Positions 11,391 through 24,467 of a stretch of 64,000 nucleotides of DNA are shown here, one piece after another (position 1 is the stretch's first letter; every line of letters starts with the position of its first letter). The stretch comes from Lama glama. Lineage: Eukaryota. Position numbers and translations under genes: made by a program. A model generated the notes under the pieces. The model was not told the DNA's origin and ran no database searches. It saw nothing but the letters and a program-made list of their open reading frames with translations. The DNA lies in contig CM052817.1 of assembly GCA_028534125.1 (NCBI GenBank), positions 67,892,001 through 67,956,000 on the forward strand, read 5' to 3'.

Positions 11391-14300
11391 ATGGAACAGG
11401 ACAGAACCAACCATGTTGAGGGCAACAGACTAAGTCCATTCCTGATACCATCTCCTTCTCCTGTTTGCCAGACAGAACCTCTGGCTATAAAGCTCCAGAA
11501 TGGAAGCCCATTAACTGAGAGACCTTATTCAGCAGTAAATGGAGACACCAAGTGGCAGTCTTTCAAAAGTTACTATGGAATACCCCACATGAAGGGAAGC
11601 CAGAACAGTCGTGTGAGTCTAGACTTTGTACAAGAAGGTAGAGGGTATTCCAGATGTTTGCAGAATGGAGGGATAAAACGCACAGTTAGTGAACCGTCTC
11701 TCTTTGGGCTCCATCAGAACAAGAAACTGAAACAAGACCAAAAGGCTAATGGAGAAAGAATGAACTTCGGGGAAAGCCAAGAAAGAAATCCAGTCAAAGG
11801 CAGCAGTCAACCAAACGTCTCCGATGTGAGTGAGAAGAGAGAACCTGTGAGCTCTGTAGCCCAGGAAAATGAAGTGACAGGTCTCACCAGTTTTCCAGCA
11901 CATAACTGCAGTGGGTCTGAAAATCCAGAGCTTCAGGTTCTGAGTGAGCAGGAGGGGAGAGATGTTAACTACCATGACAAGAATATTGTATTACTTCTTA
12001 AAAACACGGCAGTGCTAATGCCTAATGGTGCTACAGTTTCTGCCTCTTCCATGGAAAACACACACGGTGAACTCCTGGAAAAAACACTGTCTCAATATTA
12101 TCCGGATTGTGTTTCCATTGCGGTGCAGAAAACCACATCTCACATACATGCCATTAACAGTCAGGCTACTCATGAGTTGTCCTGTGAGATCACTCACCCA
12201 TCGCATACCTCAGGGCAGATCAATTTCCCACAGACCTCGAACTCTGAGCTGCCTCCAGAGCCAGCCGCAGTGGTGACCGAGGCCTGTGATGCTGACAGTG
12301 TCAGTAAACCGGCTGCAGTGCTGGCTACCTGTCCCTTTCAGAAACCAGAACAGCAAAATGCAGTTTTTGAGATCTGCCCAGCTCCGGCAGAAAATGGTAA
12401 CATCCCAGGAACCACACAGCTAGCATCTGGTGAAGAACTCTGTTCAGGTTCCAGCAGCAATTTACAGGCTCCTGGTGGCAGCTCTGAACGGTATTTAAAG
12501 CAAAGTGAAATAAATGGTGCTTACTTCAAGCAAAGCTCAGTGTTCACTAAGGATTCCTTTTCTGCCACTACCACACCACCACCACCATCACAACTGCTTC
12601 TTTCTCCCCCTCCTCCTCTCCCACCGTTTCCTCAGCTTCCTTCAGAAGGAAAAAGCACTCTGAATGATGGAGTTTTGGAAGAACACCATCACTACCCCAA
12701 CCAAAGTAACACAACTCTTTTAAGGGCAGTGAAAATAGAGGGTCAGCCTGAGGTACCACCATCCCAGAGTCCTACTCCATCCACACACATATCCAGCTCC
12801 TCTCTGATGCTTCCAGAAAGGCCTCAGAATAATTGTGTTAACAAGAATGACATATGGACTCCAGGGACAATGACCGTTCCATCATGTTCTGAGAAAACAA
12901 GACAAGTGTCAGAACATCTCAAGCATAACCCACCAGTTCCTGGTAGCAGAGGAGATCCACAGGACCACTGCCAGCCGATGACGGGACACAAAGAGCAAGA
13001 GATCCTCAAGGGTCGAGGTGAAGAACAAATACGAGACCCTGTGCTCCCAACACAGTCCTATCTGAAACCGGGATGGATTGAATTGAAGGTCCCTCGCTAT
13101 CATCAAGCAGAGTCCCATCCAAAATGTAATGAGACATCCCTGCGGTCAATTCTTCAGTATCAGTCCAACGCCTCCAATCAAATGACCTCCAAACAATACA
13201 CTGGAAATTCCAACACGCCTGGGGGCCTCCCAGGGCAGGCTTATATCCAGAAAATAATGCAACCAGAGCAGAGGCCACAAAGGTACCAAGTTGAGATGAA
13301 TCAAGGGCAGTCTCAAGGTACAGTGGACCAGCCTCTCCACTTCCAAAAACCCTCACTCCAGGTGCACTTCTCCAAAACAGACCCTTCACCTGAATCTCAC
13401 AGGCAGTCACTGTGTGCCCCAAGATTTCATATTCAGCAAAGACCAGAATTCCAAAGTGAGGAACTCATGGCCCCAACATTAAAACAACACTTAAATCAAC
13501 AGGCTTCAGAGACTGAGCCATTCTCAAACTCACACCTTCTGCATAAGCCTCAGAAGCAGGCAGCACAAACACAACCATCCCAGAAGTCACCCCTCTCTCA
13601 AAGCCAGCAACAGCAGCAAACATTACAGATAAAGAATAAAGAACAAATGCCCCAGACTTTTTCACATCCCCAAGGCAACAGTGATCAGCAAAGAGAAGGA
13701 TCATTCTTCAGCCAGGTTAAAGTAGAAGACTGCTTTCGTGGTGAAAATCAATATTCGAAATCAAATGAGTTCCAGACTCGTAGTACCCAAATGGGACTGG
13801 AGCAAGTACAGAATATGAAGAGTAGAAATTCCCCCTACGGTCAGATCTTGAAATCAAATGCAAGCAAAGTGCAGATTTCTTGTTTGAACAAGACACACCT
13901 CGTTCCAGAGAATAAAGAACAGGCTATACATTCTGAACTCTTTGCAGGAAACAAGACCCAAAACTTGCATCACATGCAGTACTTTCCAAATAATGTGACC
14001 CCAAAGCAAGACATTCTTCACAGGTGCTTCCAAGAACAAGAACAGAAACCTCAGCAAGCTTCAGCTCCACAGGGACACAAAAGCAGAAACCAAGATGTGT
14101 CTGCTCAACAAGCTGCACAACTCGCTCAGCAAAGGTACCTGGTGCAAACCCAAGCAAACGCGTTCCCTGTGCCCAGTCACGTGGGAAGTCACATTCAGAC
14201 CCCGCCCCAGAAGGACATTCAAAAGCACGCTGCTCTAAGGTGGCACCTCTTGCAGAAGCAAGAACAGCAGCAAATACAGCAACTCCAAACCGAGTCTGGC

Positions 14301-14799
14301 CACAATCAGATGCACAGGCCAATTAAGGTCGAACCTGGGTCCAAGCCCCAAGCCTGTATGCGCCCTATGTCAGCACAGCCAGAAAACAAAACATGGAAAA
14401 AGATGCCAAAGCAAGAGATTCCACCTCCAAGCTGCGATAATGTGCAACAAAAGAGCATCCTTGAGACCATGGAGCAGCATCTGAAGCAATTTCAGGTCAA
14501 ATCATTATTTGACCATAAGGCTCTTACTCTTAAATCACAGAAGCAAGTAAAAGTTGAAATGTCCGGGCCAGTCACGGTTTTAACTACACAAACCCCTGCT
14601 GCAGAACTTGAGAGCCACACCCCAGCTTTAGAGCAGCAAGCAACGCCTTCTTCAGAAAAGACACCAACCAAAAGAACAGCTGGTTCTGTTCTCAATAATT
14701 TTTTAGAGTCACCTTCCAAATTACTAGATACTCCAATAAAAAATTTATTGGATACACCTGTCAAGACCCAGTATGATTTCCCATCGTGCAGATGTGTAG
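11391..14799 (+). CDS. TET2: TET2 first coding exon (human exon 3 equivalent); exon begins at 11345 with 46 nt of 5' UTR
   Basis: Translation [17 protein letters not shown]...[12 protein letters not shown] matches TET2. Acceptor ttttag at 11344, donor GTAG|gtaagt at 14800. 3409 coding nt, phase 1. Contains IKRTVSEPS (AMPK-site motif). Confidence 0.97.
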
Positions 14800-16416
14800 G
14801 TAAGTGCCAGAAATGTACTGAGACACATGGTGTTTATCCAGAATTAGGGAATTTATCTTCAGATATGGGATTTTTCTTTCTTTTTTAAAATCTTGAGCCT
14901 GGCAGCAATTTGTGAAGGCTCATAAAAACCCAAAGCTTACATTTCTTGTCTTTGAGTTACCGATGCTTGTGCTGTGCTAGAGAGAACTTCACTTACATTC
15001 AGTTTTTCCAAAAAATTAAAACAATTGTACATGCTCATTATTCCTCTCCATTCAAATCCTTTAAAATATAAAGGTATCTGTTTTAGACTAATCAATTTAC
15101 TTAACTCTTTGTGTACCATCTCCTGGAGAGACAGCCAGGCAGTAAAAAAGATCTGTTAAAATGACAAAACTGCCTGCCATCTGCAAACAAATGTAAAAGA
15201 GAGCTTTTAATACTTTTTCTAATTCAAGGTCGAATGTATTAGTCATTTTAGAAGATTAACTTCTAGACAGGGGGAGGTTATCATCTTCTGTCTTGGTGAG
15301 TCGGGGGAAACTGTAATGCTAAAGTTCTGAATACTCAAAGTTTTGCCTTTTCTCCATTTATACACTTGAAATATTGTGTAATTTATATTTATTTTGATAA
15401 GTTTCTTCTTTTTGATAGAAAATATGGTATTTCCCTTTCTTTTTTTTAAACAAGCACCTTTTTGTTAAAATTCAAGATACGTGCTAGGTCTGTTGGAATA
15501 GGGCAACTTTTTGCTGATGGCCAGAGATCTACATGAGAAGATCTTAACTATAGCCACTCAGCTTGGATACAGTAGAAGACATTTGTAAAAGCCAGTGTTA
15601 AACTCATGTGGCTGATGGTCCACACACTCCGTGGTATTCCTCTTACAACAGGACAGCCCACATTGTAGAGAAGGATGGAGGGAGGGGCCGTACTGCCCCT
15701 TTGTGTGTGGCTAATACTGTCGCCTCACTGGGCTAACGTGCCACACACAGTATTAGGTAAGTTTCACTCATCTTCACTCCCTTCTGTCACCCTAACCCTT
15801 GTTTCCCACCTGTCATCTCTGATAGTTTATAAGAGCTTCTTCCTTTTCTCTGACCCTCTCTCCAGTATACCTTCTCATTGTAAGTTGTTCTAAAGGACAT
15901 ATAAATAATGGGTCTGGATTCAGTGTTCTTACTTTCAAAACAGAGTAATTAAATGTTGTGGGGAAATAAGAGGGAAAAAAAATATCTTGACAATAAACTG
16001 AACAGTATCCTGGGGTGAGACAGGACAGGACATTTTCTTTTTAATCTTTTAACATCCAAATAGCAGGCAGGCTTCTAGTAAGCTATAATTTTTTTTCAGT
16101 TTAAAAAACTGGATCATAGTTGATATTACATATAATATATTTAATTCCCTCAGTGTTTTTTTTCTGTCTAGTTCCACTTACGTGGTTTAAAATAATTCTT
16201 TATCCCATATCTGAAATGGAATATAATATATTTTTATCCAACAGGCAGCATGTACATATACTTAATTATTTGGCACATTTTTTTAATAGATTAGTCCATT
16301 CATTTTAAAGAAAAAAAATGTTTAAAGTCACATTTAGGGCCCTTAATGTGTAGTTGGGGGATAAGCTTTGTGGATGTAGCCTTTATATTTAGTATAATTG
16401 AGGTCTAAAATAATAA

Positions 16417-16527
<111 letters not shown>

Positions 16528-17825
16528 TAATTAACGCAAAGGCACAGGGCAGATTAACGTTTATCCTTTTGTATATGTCAGAATTTTTCCAGCTTTCACA
16601 TACAAAGCAGTAAACAACTGTAAACTGAGTAATTATTAGGAGGCTTAGCTATTCCAGGGTTGCCAACACTACACACTGCAATTCACCAGAGAGTCACAAT
16701 ATTTGACAGGACTAATAGTCTGCGAGCTGGCACAGGCTGCCCACTCTGAGATGGATGCCAGAAAACCCAGGCACAAACAAGAACCAGCCAGCCAGCCTGC
16801 CAGGCACAAGGGTGCTGGCACAGGCTGCAAAGAGAAGCCCTGCTCTGGCTTCCCCATCTGATGATAAAGTGTCCAAAAGTAAAGCAGGGAAAGGTGGTCT
16901 AAGAAGGGAACCACTAAGTTACACTCACCTACAGCAGGTGAATTGTAACTACGTTGTAAATGAGTAGTTATCTCTGAGGAGGTTGGCCATGAGTGTGAGC
17001 AGAGGGCAAGAGTGATATACTGAATAGAAATAGAGATCAATTCCATTTATAGCTGCATTTTTTTTCCTTACTGTCAATCACAGGTATGCAAGTATTTACC
17101 CGAATCTACACAGTTTCTCCTGCATGTAGAAGACTCTTATGAGTGAGATAATCAATACAGAGAGAGACTTTCATATAGGGACCCACAGCTCCGAGCTGTT
17201 ACTACGTTAGGGGGCCTTTTCTTTGAGAGGTAGGCAGTGTTATCATTAAAATACGTTAGGAGACATTCTGGGCAGCAGGGACATATTCTATCTATATCAT
17301 TCTTGCCCCATTTCCAAATTATTCATTTCTAAATTAGCACACAGAAATTCGCTGAATAATCATCTAGTAGCCTGGCAGAAATAGTGAATTTCCCTAAGTG
17401 CCTTTTTTTATTAGCAAACAGTAAGTAGTGCCTTGGCCATAAGGGAAAATATAATCTATTTCTAGAATTATCGTATATTTTCAAAATTGCTGGATACCAG
17501 TTATTTGCCAGCCTTTAAAAAAAATGAGAGATTCTTAGATGAACAGTGTTAACTAAAATCAATTATGATTCCCCAAGTTTTAAAACAGCTAAATTTAGTA
17601 AAGGACAAATCAAATAATATATATCTTAGAAGACTGAATTTAACAAACTTTAAAAAGTTTTGTGCTTTATGAAATTATGTATAAAAATCAGCTTTCCTAG
17701 CTCATTAAAATTATCAGTGTATTTTGATACTGAAGAAATACAAGGCTTAAAGTTTATTATCCAGTTTGCTTGGCTTAGATCTATTTTTTTTTTAAAACTA
17801 TTCATTTCTCAGGATGTGGTCATAG

Positions 17826-17831
17826 AATAAA
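17826..17831 (+). terminator. candidate intronic polyadenylation signal for the short TET2 isoform
   Basis: AATAAA about 95 nt upstream of exon 5, followed by T- and GT-rich downstream elements. Confidence 0.5.
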
Positions 17832-17867
17832 ATGATATTCAAATGTTCAATATTTTGGTTGCCTTAG

Positions 17868-18029
<162 letters not shown>

Positions 18030-18659
18030 TGACAAGCCTTTGGTCTTCAGTCTTGGGCTTTTTAATTCTTAATCTAACCCTGAGAGTGGGGTTACCCAGA
18101 TCAGAGAGTCATTTATGCTAGTTTAAAGGAATATTGCTTATATTTATCAAGTGTTATCTCTTAAGAAAAGCAGATTTGTTTTAAAAAAAATCATGTGCAA
18201 ACTGTATTTAATTGAAAGAATTTAATGGTGAGGAAGAGGTCCATTCAAGTGCCTGCTAAAAGTATAATTCTCATGGCATGTGAGGAAGAGGTCCCTAATC
18301 TTTTAAACACCTGCAGTTAATCTTTATACTGTCATTTATGAAGACCTTAAACTTTATCGAAAAGACCTGCCTGTCTTCCATCTAGCTCTGGCTTTAAGGC
18401 AGGGAGCATTGCCCCCATTGCACTGGGTAGAGTCTCATCCACACTGAGTGCTTTCGCGTCCCTCGCGGTTCTGACCCTAGGGGGAGCCCCCAGTCTGCAG
18501 AAGGGGCAGCAAAGGGCAAGTTGCAGGTGCTGGTAAAGGTCGCCCTAATTGTGACCCAGAAGTGAGAAAATGTACAGACATCAATCAATGCTCTCATCGG
18601 CTGCAAGTGACCCTTGTTTTGTTTTGGTTGGGGTGGGGGGTGTTGGGGTGGAATGGTGA

Positions 18660-18878
<219 letters not shown>

Positions 18879-21261
18879 TAAGTGAAGCCCGGGCTTCCCC
18901 GTCTCTTTCCACTGAGAGGAAAGCCTATTTGTTGGTTTGAGGGCGGAGAGTTGAACCTGCAGTTTTACATTTACAAAATAGAGATCCAAATGCCTGCTTC
19001 ACAGTCATGCAGTAGGAACTTGTGTTTGCTAACTTGGAAAATCTGAGGCCATTTCATTTACTCATACTTTGTACCTTCAGACAGTGTAGCCATTAGCTAG
19101 AAGCAGTTTGCTGCAAAGTCTGAGTGTCTGTACCCAAAAACTCATAAACTTGAAAATATTCGAATGTCCCCTTGCTACAAGTGTCAACTGTGTTGTGTGC
19201 CTAGCCACCATGTTAGTAAGTATTGACACGACTTCTGTGTTGCAGTATCTGAAAAAGAAGGTAAGTTTGGTGAGAAACTTGAGGATTCCCAGGTCAAAGA
19301 CCTTACTATATATGTAGCGAACGTAAAAATACAAGGCTTGTAGAAGTTCTACGAGAAACAGACTGATTTTGACTTCATTTCAATCTTGTTCATTATTTCC
19401 ATAATAATAATCAAAATTGCTTCCATTTTTACTGCTAGTAAATAATCAAGAAATTAGTGGCTGTGGCTAGGCATTATTTCCCAGGAATATAACAGTTTGG
19501 AATAGGAGAGCAAGGGTATGCAGCTGAATATATTTAGTACAACCAAGTGCTGTGTTTGTTTTGTCTGTGTTTTTTGCTTTTTAACCATCCATTTGTAGGA
19601 AGTTTAAATCTTCACTTGGATAAAGCTTAATTTTTAATTTTTCTTCTGCTGTGCTATTCCTATAATCATTAAAAGAATAGAGGAAAATTCACAGTGCTGC
19701 ACTGAAATCCTACGTAGCTATTTTACTCACAGTGGGTACTAAAATAATTTCACACTTCTTCCTTTAGTCTCCTTTCTTCTGCATCCACCAAATACAAAAT
19801 AGTTCACTGAGCTTATGGAGTTATGCTGCTGACTGCAACAACCCCTGGCTAACCAAATTTGTTCTTTTCTGACAATTACTCTAACCAGTGTGGTTTTGCT
19901 ACGTATTAACATAGGTTCTCCCTCTGGGTCATTGGCGGGTAGGGGTGGGGAGCTGCAAGTCAACTACAAATAATCAATTTAGGGAAGTTACTTTTCCTAC
20001 ATGAAAGTGTGACTTGGCTTTCTGTGATAGTTAGGGTCCCCAGATTTCATGATGTGTACTCATAGCCGTAAATCCACTTTCACAAATATGTTGGGGGATT
20101 CAGTTTACCCTAATTTTCCTTGTTTCTTCTTCTAAAAATGTATTTGGATGCCTTTAATCAGAAAGAAAATGAAAGTTAAGGCACCTTGAGCTGATGTTGG
20201 TGATAGCGTTTTTCTTAGGAATTCAGTGACACTGCCTTGTTTTTGTAAAGCAGACTTCCTCTTAGACTTGATGGCTGGAACTTGTAAACCACTGAAGAAC
20301 TTCTTGTGAAAATGACAGTTGTTGTTTTATTTAAATTTCTTGAAGTTTTGTGCATAGTCTATTTCACATTCTTTGTAATTGATTTAATTTTTACTAGTAC
20401 GTACATCTCTGATGTTTTTCCCTTGAAACCTTCTGATTCCTAGAAATGCTGTTGTCTGAAACAGAATTTCTTTCTCTACATCAGATTCCATGTTAAGAAC
20501 TTTCCTAAATTATGTTATTTTGTATTTGGAAACCACGAACAATGACTGAGCTAAAGTCTGCGAAAAATTCTAATTTGTTTAACTGGTCTAAATAGGAGGC
20601 AAGTACAAAGCTATTAAAAGACGTGCTTTAAATAAGCATTTTAAAGGCCAATCTTTATACTTTTCCTTAACTTTGTCTAGAATTTCGAGATAAAGATGAG
20701 TAGTTGTTAGATGAAATTTTAATTTTGGGCTACTCATACATAGAGCAATCCTCCAAAAATAAAACAAAACAAAAAATATACTTGATACATGGTTCAAATA
20801 GACACTTCACCAATGGCATAGAGACTTGACTCAGATATAGCTTTTGAAGTTTCTTCTACACCATAAAATAAATTTTATGTCTGACAAAAGTCAAAATTAT
20901 GTTTTGCCAAGAATGGAAGATAATCTCAAACTGGGGCTGCTGACTCAGTTTAATGTTTAAAGCTATGTGATGCTCATCACTGAGTTATAAATCCCTGTGC
21001 CCACATGTGCCATAACCACTGACTGGGAGTCCAGAAAAGAACTCCTGAGAGCATCTTTCAGTGGGAAGGTCAAAAATGGATTTTTACATTTTCTTTGAGC
21101 CACACCAGCTGTTTCTCTATTAAAGATTTCCCTTTGAGATTTCCATTTGATGACTAAGGCTAACCAATGTTTATTTGGCAAGTAAGAGTTGTGGGAGTGT
21201 ATTTGTCGTTATATAGAGTCAAAGCCAGAAATGCCTCTGCCATGCTAGGTAATACTAAGCA

Positions 21262-24150
21262 TTTTTTTTTAATATTTTTAATTTTTAAAAATTGAAGTAC
21301 AGTCAGTTACAATGTATCAGTTTCTGATGTGCAGCACAATGTCCCAGTCGTGCATATATATACGTATTTTCACACTTTTTTTCATTAAAAGTTATTATAA
21401 GGTATTGAATAGAGTTCCCTGTGCTGTACAGAAGAAACATTTTTTAATCTATTTTTATATATAGTGGCTAACATTTGCAATCTCAAACTCCCAAATTTAT
21501 CCCTTCCTACCCACTTTCCCTGGTAACCATAAGATTGTTCACTATGTCTGCAAGTCTGTTTCTGTTTTGTAGATGAGTTNNNNNNNNNNNNNNNNNNNNN
21601 NNNNNNNNNNNNNNNNNNNNNNNNNNNNNNNNNNNNNNNNNNNNNNNNNNNNNNNNNNNNNNNNNNNNNNNNNNNNNNNTGTCGATGGACATTTAGGTTG
21701 CTTCCATGTCTTGGCTATTGTATACCATGCTGCTATGAACATTGGGGTGTATCTATTCAAGTTAGAGTTCTCTCTGGATATATACCTAGAAGTGGGATTG
21801 CTGGATCTTATGTTAAGTTTGTTTTTAGTTTTTTGAGGACTCCCCATAACATTTTCTATAATGGCTGCACCAAACAACATTCCTACCAGCAGTGTAGGAG
21901 GGTTCTGTTTTCTTCACACCCTCTTCAGCATTTATCATTCATGGACTTTTGAATACCTCATTATAGTTTTGATTTGCATTTCTCTGATAATTAGTGATAT
22001 AGAGCATTTTTTCATGTGCCTATTGGTCATTCATATGTCTTCATTGGACAATTGCTTGTTTAGGTCTTCTGCCCATTTTTAGATTGGGTTGTTTTTTTCT
22101 TAAGTTGTATGAGCTGTTTATATATTCTGGAAATTAAGCCTTTGTCAGTTGCATCATTTGCAAGTATTTTCTCCCATTCCATAGGTTGTCATTTTGTTTT
22201 GCTTATGGTTTCCTTTGCCGTGCAAAAGCTTGTAAGTTTAATTAGGTCCCATTTGTTTATTTTTGCTTTTATTTCTATTGCCTGGGTAGACTGCCCTAGG
22301 AGAACATTGCTAAGATTTATGTCAGAGAATGTTTTTTGCCTATGTTTTCTTCTAGGTGATTTATCGTGTCTTGTCTTATATGTAAGCCTTTAAGCCATTT
22401 GGAGTTTATTTTTGTGTATGATGTGAGAGAATGTTCTAACTTCATTGATTTACATGCTGCTGTCCAGTTTTCCCACACCACTTGCTGAAGAGGCTCTTTT
22501 CTCCATTTATATTCTTGCCTCCTTTGTCAAAGATAAATTGACCATAGGTCTGTGGGTTTATTTCTGGGCTCTCTATCTGTTCCATTGAGTCATGTATCTG
22601 TTTTTATGCCAATACCATGATGTTTTGATTACTGTAGCTCTGTAGTATTGTCTGAAGTCTGGGAGGGTTATTCTTCCACCTTCATTCTTTTTCTTCAGTA
22701 TTGCTTTAGCAATTCTAGGTCTTTTGGGATTCCATATAAATATTAAGATTATTTGTTCTAGTTGTGAAATATGTCCTTGGTAATTTGATAGGGATTGCAT
22801 TAAATCTATAGATTGCCTTTGGCAATATGGCCATTTTAACAATATTGATTCTTCCAATCCAAGAGCATGGGATATCTTTCCATTTTTTAAAGTCATCTTT
22901 AATTTCCTTAATCAGTGTTTTGTAGTTCTCCATGTATAAGTCTTTCACCTCCTTGATCAGATTTATTCCTAAGTATTTTATTCTTTTGGATGCAATTTTA
23001 AACAAAATTGTTTCTTTACTTTGTTTTCCTACTAATTCATTGTCCTTGTAAAGAAATGCCACTGATTTCTGTATGTTAATCTTGTATGCTGCTACCTTGC
23101 TAAATTCTTTTATCAGCTCTAGTAGTTTTTGTGTGGAGCTTTTAGGTTTTTCTGTAGTATCATATCACCCACATATAGTGACAATTTTACTGCTTCTCTT
23201 CCAATTTGGATCCCTTTTATCTCTTTCTTGCCTGATTGCTATAGCCAGGACTTCCAAGACTATGTTGAATAGAAGTGGTGAGAGTGGGCATCCTTGTCTT
23301 GTTCCAGATTTCAGTGGGAAGCCTTTCAGTTTTTCACCGTTGAGTATTATACTGGCTGTGGGCTTATCATAAATAGCTTTTATAATGTTGAGATATGTTC
23401 CCTCTATACCCACTTAAGAGTTTTTATCATAAATGGGTGTTGAATTTTATCAAGTGCTTTTTCTACATCTGTTAAGATGATCATGTGATTTTTGTCCTTT
23501 CTTTATGTGGTGTATCACATCGATTGATTTGCATATGTTGAACCCTCCTTGTGTTCCTAGGATGAATGGTGTATGATCTTTTTTATGTGCTGTTGGATTG
23601 TTTGCTAGTATTTTGTTGAGGATTTTTGCATCTATGTTCATCAGTGATATTGGCCTGTAATTTTCTTTTTTGGTAGTGTTTTTGTCTGGTTTTGGTATCA
23701 GAGTGTTGGTGGCTTCAAAGAATGAGTTTGGGAGTACTCCTTCCTTTTCAGTCTATTGGAAGAGTTTGAGAAGGACTGGTATGAGTTCTTCTTTGTATGT
23801 ATCTCATTTAGTTCTGTTGGCCAAAGACAGCTGTGCACAGATCCGAGCCTCGGAGGTTCCCTCTCCATCCCTGCTGACCTTTCCGTTGGAGAGGGGGAGT
23901 CCCAGTGTAAGAGAGCTACTCTTTCTTTGCCGCTTCTCCCTGCGAGACAGGTCCTGCACTAATTTCCTTTTTCTTCTTTTTTTTTTTTTCCTCCCACCAG
24001 ATTTGTGAGGAATTTTGTTTTTTTAAAGAACACAATGTTCTGTCAAAGTTCAGCAGGTGTTCTGAGTGAATGAGTGGGTCTGTGGATGCCTCTCTTGGTG
24101 TATTCGTGGGACAGGGTGACCTAAGAGCATCCTTCTACTCCATCTTGGCT
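21262..24150 (-). mobile_element. L1 with 5' end, large internal deletion, RT-to-3' part of ORF2 and poly-A tail
   Basis: ORF2 peptides on - ([57 protein letters not shown]); caagatgg 5'-end motif at about 24140-24147. Confidence 0.88.
21580..21679. other. assembly gap (100 N)
   Basis: N run inside the L1 3' region. Confidence 0.99.
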
Positions 24151-24467
24151 GCTTGGTTAATACTAAACTTTTAAAGAAACTTTATATTATAAAAATTTTT
24201 CAAATACATAAATGGAGGAGTGCAGAATAATGAATCTCCATGGACCCATCATGCAGCTTCACTATTTATCAACATCTTATCAGTACTATTCCATATATTC
24301 CCCCATCCCCACTTCCTACTCCCACCAATGTTTTAAAGCAAAACACAGATACTGTATCATCTCCCCTGTGTTCACTTCAGTGTATATCTATAACAGACAA
24401 TGTCACCATGACTAGGTTTTATTTAAAAGGTCCTTATCATTTATCTCAAATTTGGCACTGGTTTTTA

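Noticed and set aside
11619..14764. Multiple antisense and alternative-frame ORFs within exon 3
   Set aside because: Shadow ORFs of a long coding exon, with no recognisable homology or splice support
21698..23641. RT-like ORFs as an active retroelement or novel RT system
   Set aside because: Frameshifted, stop-riddled L1 ORF2 fragments with no intact ORF
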